DNA of 64,000 bases, taken from Octopus bimaculoides (Eukaryota). Position numbers and translations under genes: made by a program. The notes under the pieces were generated by a model. The model was not told the origin of the DNA. It made no database searches and saw only the letters and a list, made by a program, of their open reading frames with translations. Positions within the stretch are counted from its first letter, which is position 1, and every line of letters starts with the position of its first letter. The DNA is taken from NCBI RefSeq assembly GCF_001194135.2, contig NC_068990.1, positions 33,464,660-33,528,659 on the forward strand. The letters run 5' to 3'. Of the stretch, positions 62,040 through 64,000 are shown piece after piece.

Positions 62040-62093
62040 CCTTGTGACTGTATTTGGTAGACGAAAACTGAAAGAAGCCTGTCATATATATGC

Positions 62094-62127
<34 letters not shown>

Positions 62128-62335
62128 TTTTGTGCCTGTGTTTGTCCCCCCAACATCGCTTGACAACCGATGGTGGTATGTTTACGTGCCCGTAACTTAG
62201 CGGTTTGGCAAAAAAGACCGACAGAAATAAGTACTAGGCTTAAAAAAATAAGTCCTGGGGTCGATTTGCTCGACTAAAGGCAGTGCTCCAGCATGGCTGC
62301 AGTCAAATGACTGAAACAAGTAAAAGAGTAAATAG
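62040..62335 (+). mobile_element. SINE family B, 5'-truncated, young
   Basis: GTATTTGGTAGACGAAAACTGAAAGAAGCC...GACTGAAACAAGTAAAAGAG. Confidence 0.85.
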
Positions 62336-62473
62336 AAAAGTTGTTCTCCATGTATATGAATATGTGTTTGATGCGGTGTATGCGTATTATACACGCACAC
62401 ACACACACAGATGGCAGTAGCCCAACATGACCATAGCCTTTGGGGGTGGAACACATACAGAAATAAATATATG

Positions 62474-62550
<77 letters not shown>

Positions 62551-64000
62551 CTGTATTTCGGGATGGTAATTTTTTAATATTTTTGCCAAATAAATACTAT
62601 ATCTTCATTCTTCACTCATTTATTACTGTTCATATTCTAACTCATGTCTANNNNNNNNNNNNNNNNNNNNNNNNNNNNNNNNNNNNNNNNNNNNNNNNNN
62701 NNNNNNNNNNNNNNNNNNNNNNNNNNNNNNNNNNNNNNNNNNNNNNNNNNNNNNNNNNNNNNNNNNNNNNNNNNNNNNNNNNNNNNNNNNNNNNNNNNNN
62801 NNNNNNNNNNNNNNNNNNNNNNNNNNNNNNNNNNNNNNNNNNNNNNNNNNNNNNNNNNNNNNNNNNNNNNNNNNNNNNNNNNNNNNNNNNNNNNNNNNNN
62901 NNNNNNNNNNNNNNNNNNNNNNNNNNNNNNNNNNNNNNNNNNNNNNNNNNNNNNNNNNNNNNNNNNNNNNNNNNNNNNNNNNNNNNNNNNNNNNNNNNNN
63001 NNNNNNNNNNNNNNNNNNNNNNNNNNNNNNNNNNNNNNNNNNNNNNNNNNNNNNNNNNNNNNNNNNNNNNNNNNNNNNNNNNNNNNNNNNNNNNNNNNNN
63101 NNNNNNNNNNNNNNNNNNNATATATATATATATATATATATATAAGGCAGAACGCTAAACTGAAAGCATATTTTAATATAGATGTGTATAAGGAGGATTA
63201 ACAAGGATTTCTAACCGGCTTTCATTGCATGGCAAAGTTTCAAGAAGAGGGAGAATGAAAATGTTTTTTACAAAAAAATAAAAAATAATATATAAAAAAA
63301 TAAATATACCAATAGATTATATTGTCTTTGAGCTTTTAAAGTTCAATGGTAATCCATGTAGATAATTGTTAGAAAGATTAGGATGCATAGAATTAAGAGT
63401 AGTGTTGTGTTTTAAAAAAAGGGGCTGAAAGTTTAAGTGTTAAACAGGAAGTGTGGTGTCAAAACAGGAAGTGCGTGTAAGGGAAGACAATTCTGTGGGT
63501 TTTATACTCTTTACTTGGAGTTCTGGACTCTTTGTCAACAGGAAGTTTATGTCTGTTCTTAGAGAAACAAGTAAATTTATATGTATTTCATTGGGTAGGT
63601 GGTGCTTCAGCATGGCCACAGTCAAATGACTGAAACAAGTAAAAGATATATATATATATATGTATATATATGTAACTATCCATATGTATAGATATTTGTT
63701 TTTATGTATAGTTATGTATAACAAACAAACAATCAAATATTAAACTGATGAATCACTAAAAACTTTTCATATTTATATTTTCATAATGAAAATGTTGAGT
63801 GTTACTTTGAAGTTATCACTATGTAGCTTTCATTTGACATTACAATGAAGGCTACATAGCCAAAACTTCAAAATAACTGTCATCTTTTTCTTTGTGCATA
63901 TATGTGTATGTGTACACATGCACGCGCACTCACACACACACAGAGAATATCAATGTGTTACCTATCTATCTTTCTGCATGCCTGCTTGCCTGCCTATCTA

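Larger units (their letters stand above)
328..63119. other. Assembly gaps: 328-337, 1843-1852, 6821-6942, 11311-12103, 21966-22087, 38477-38548, 39507-40015, 44264-44273, 46834-46843, 53775-54020, 59244-59340, 62651-63119
   Basis: N runs, mostly flanked by microsatellites; the larger ones could hide exons. Confidence 0.98.

Noticed and set aside
59957-64000. Numerous YI/CV/HT-repeat ORFs at the window end
   Set aside because: Translations of dinucleotide microsatellites and N-gaps

Overview
AT-rich, repeat-dense eukaryotic DNA from a gapped draft assembly (12 N-gaps). The SINE families and microsatellite style suggest an octopus genome; this is inference from recall, not a database result. 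No prokaryotic genes, CRISPR arrays, rRNA genes or true tRNA genes are visible, and nearly all ORF-track entries are microsatellite, gap or antisense-repeat artefacts. Supported content: (1) many copies of three tRNA-headed SINE families (A, B, D), including a head-to-tail array of six at 33-34.3 kb, plus an RTE-tailed element (C) with ~65-bp internal units; (2) decayed transposons: two DD37D (maT) Tc1/mariner elements, two mariner MITEs, a hAT deletion derivative with an 8-bp TSD, a Ty3/Gypsy LTR+PBS+gag remnant, and RTE, restriction-like-endonuclease and zinc-finger LINE fragments; (3) a probable unidentified minus-strand multi-exon gene whose small exons lie in the repeat sea (best support: a 250-nt exon at 35.4-35.6 kb and a phase-compatible six-exon 3' chain from 25.1 to 12.8 kb); (4) the most unusual signal: short (TA)n-flanked elements carrying minimal type I hammerhead-ribozyme-like folds (3225-3261 and 6770-6802, and both arms of a 193-bp palindrome at 1569-1761), plus three more long inverted repeats, consistent with Penelope-like or retrozyme-type elements. 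SINE boundaries are approximate (about 10-20 bp).
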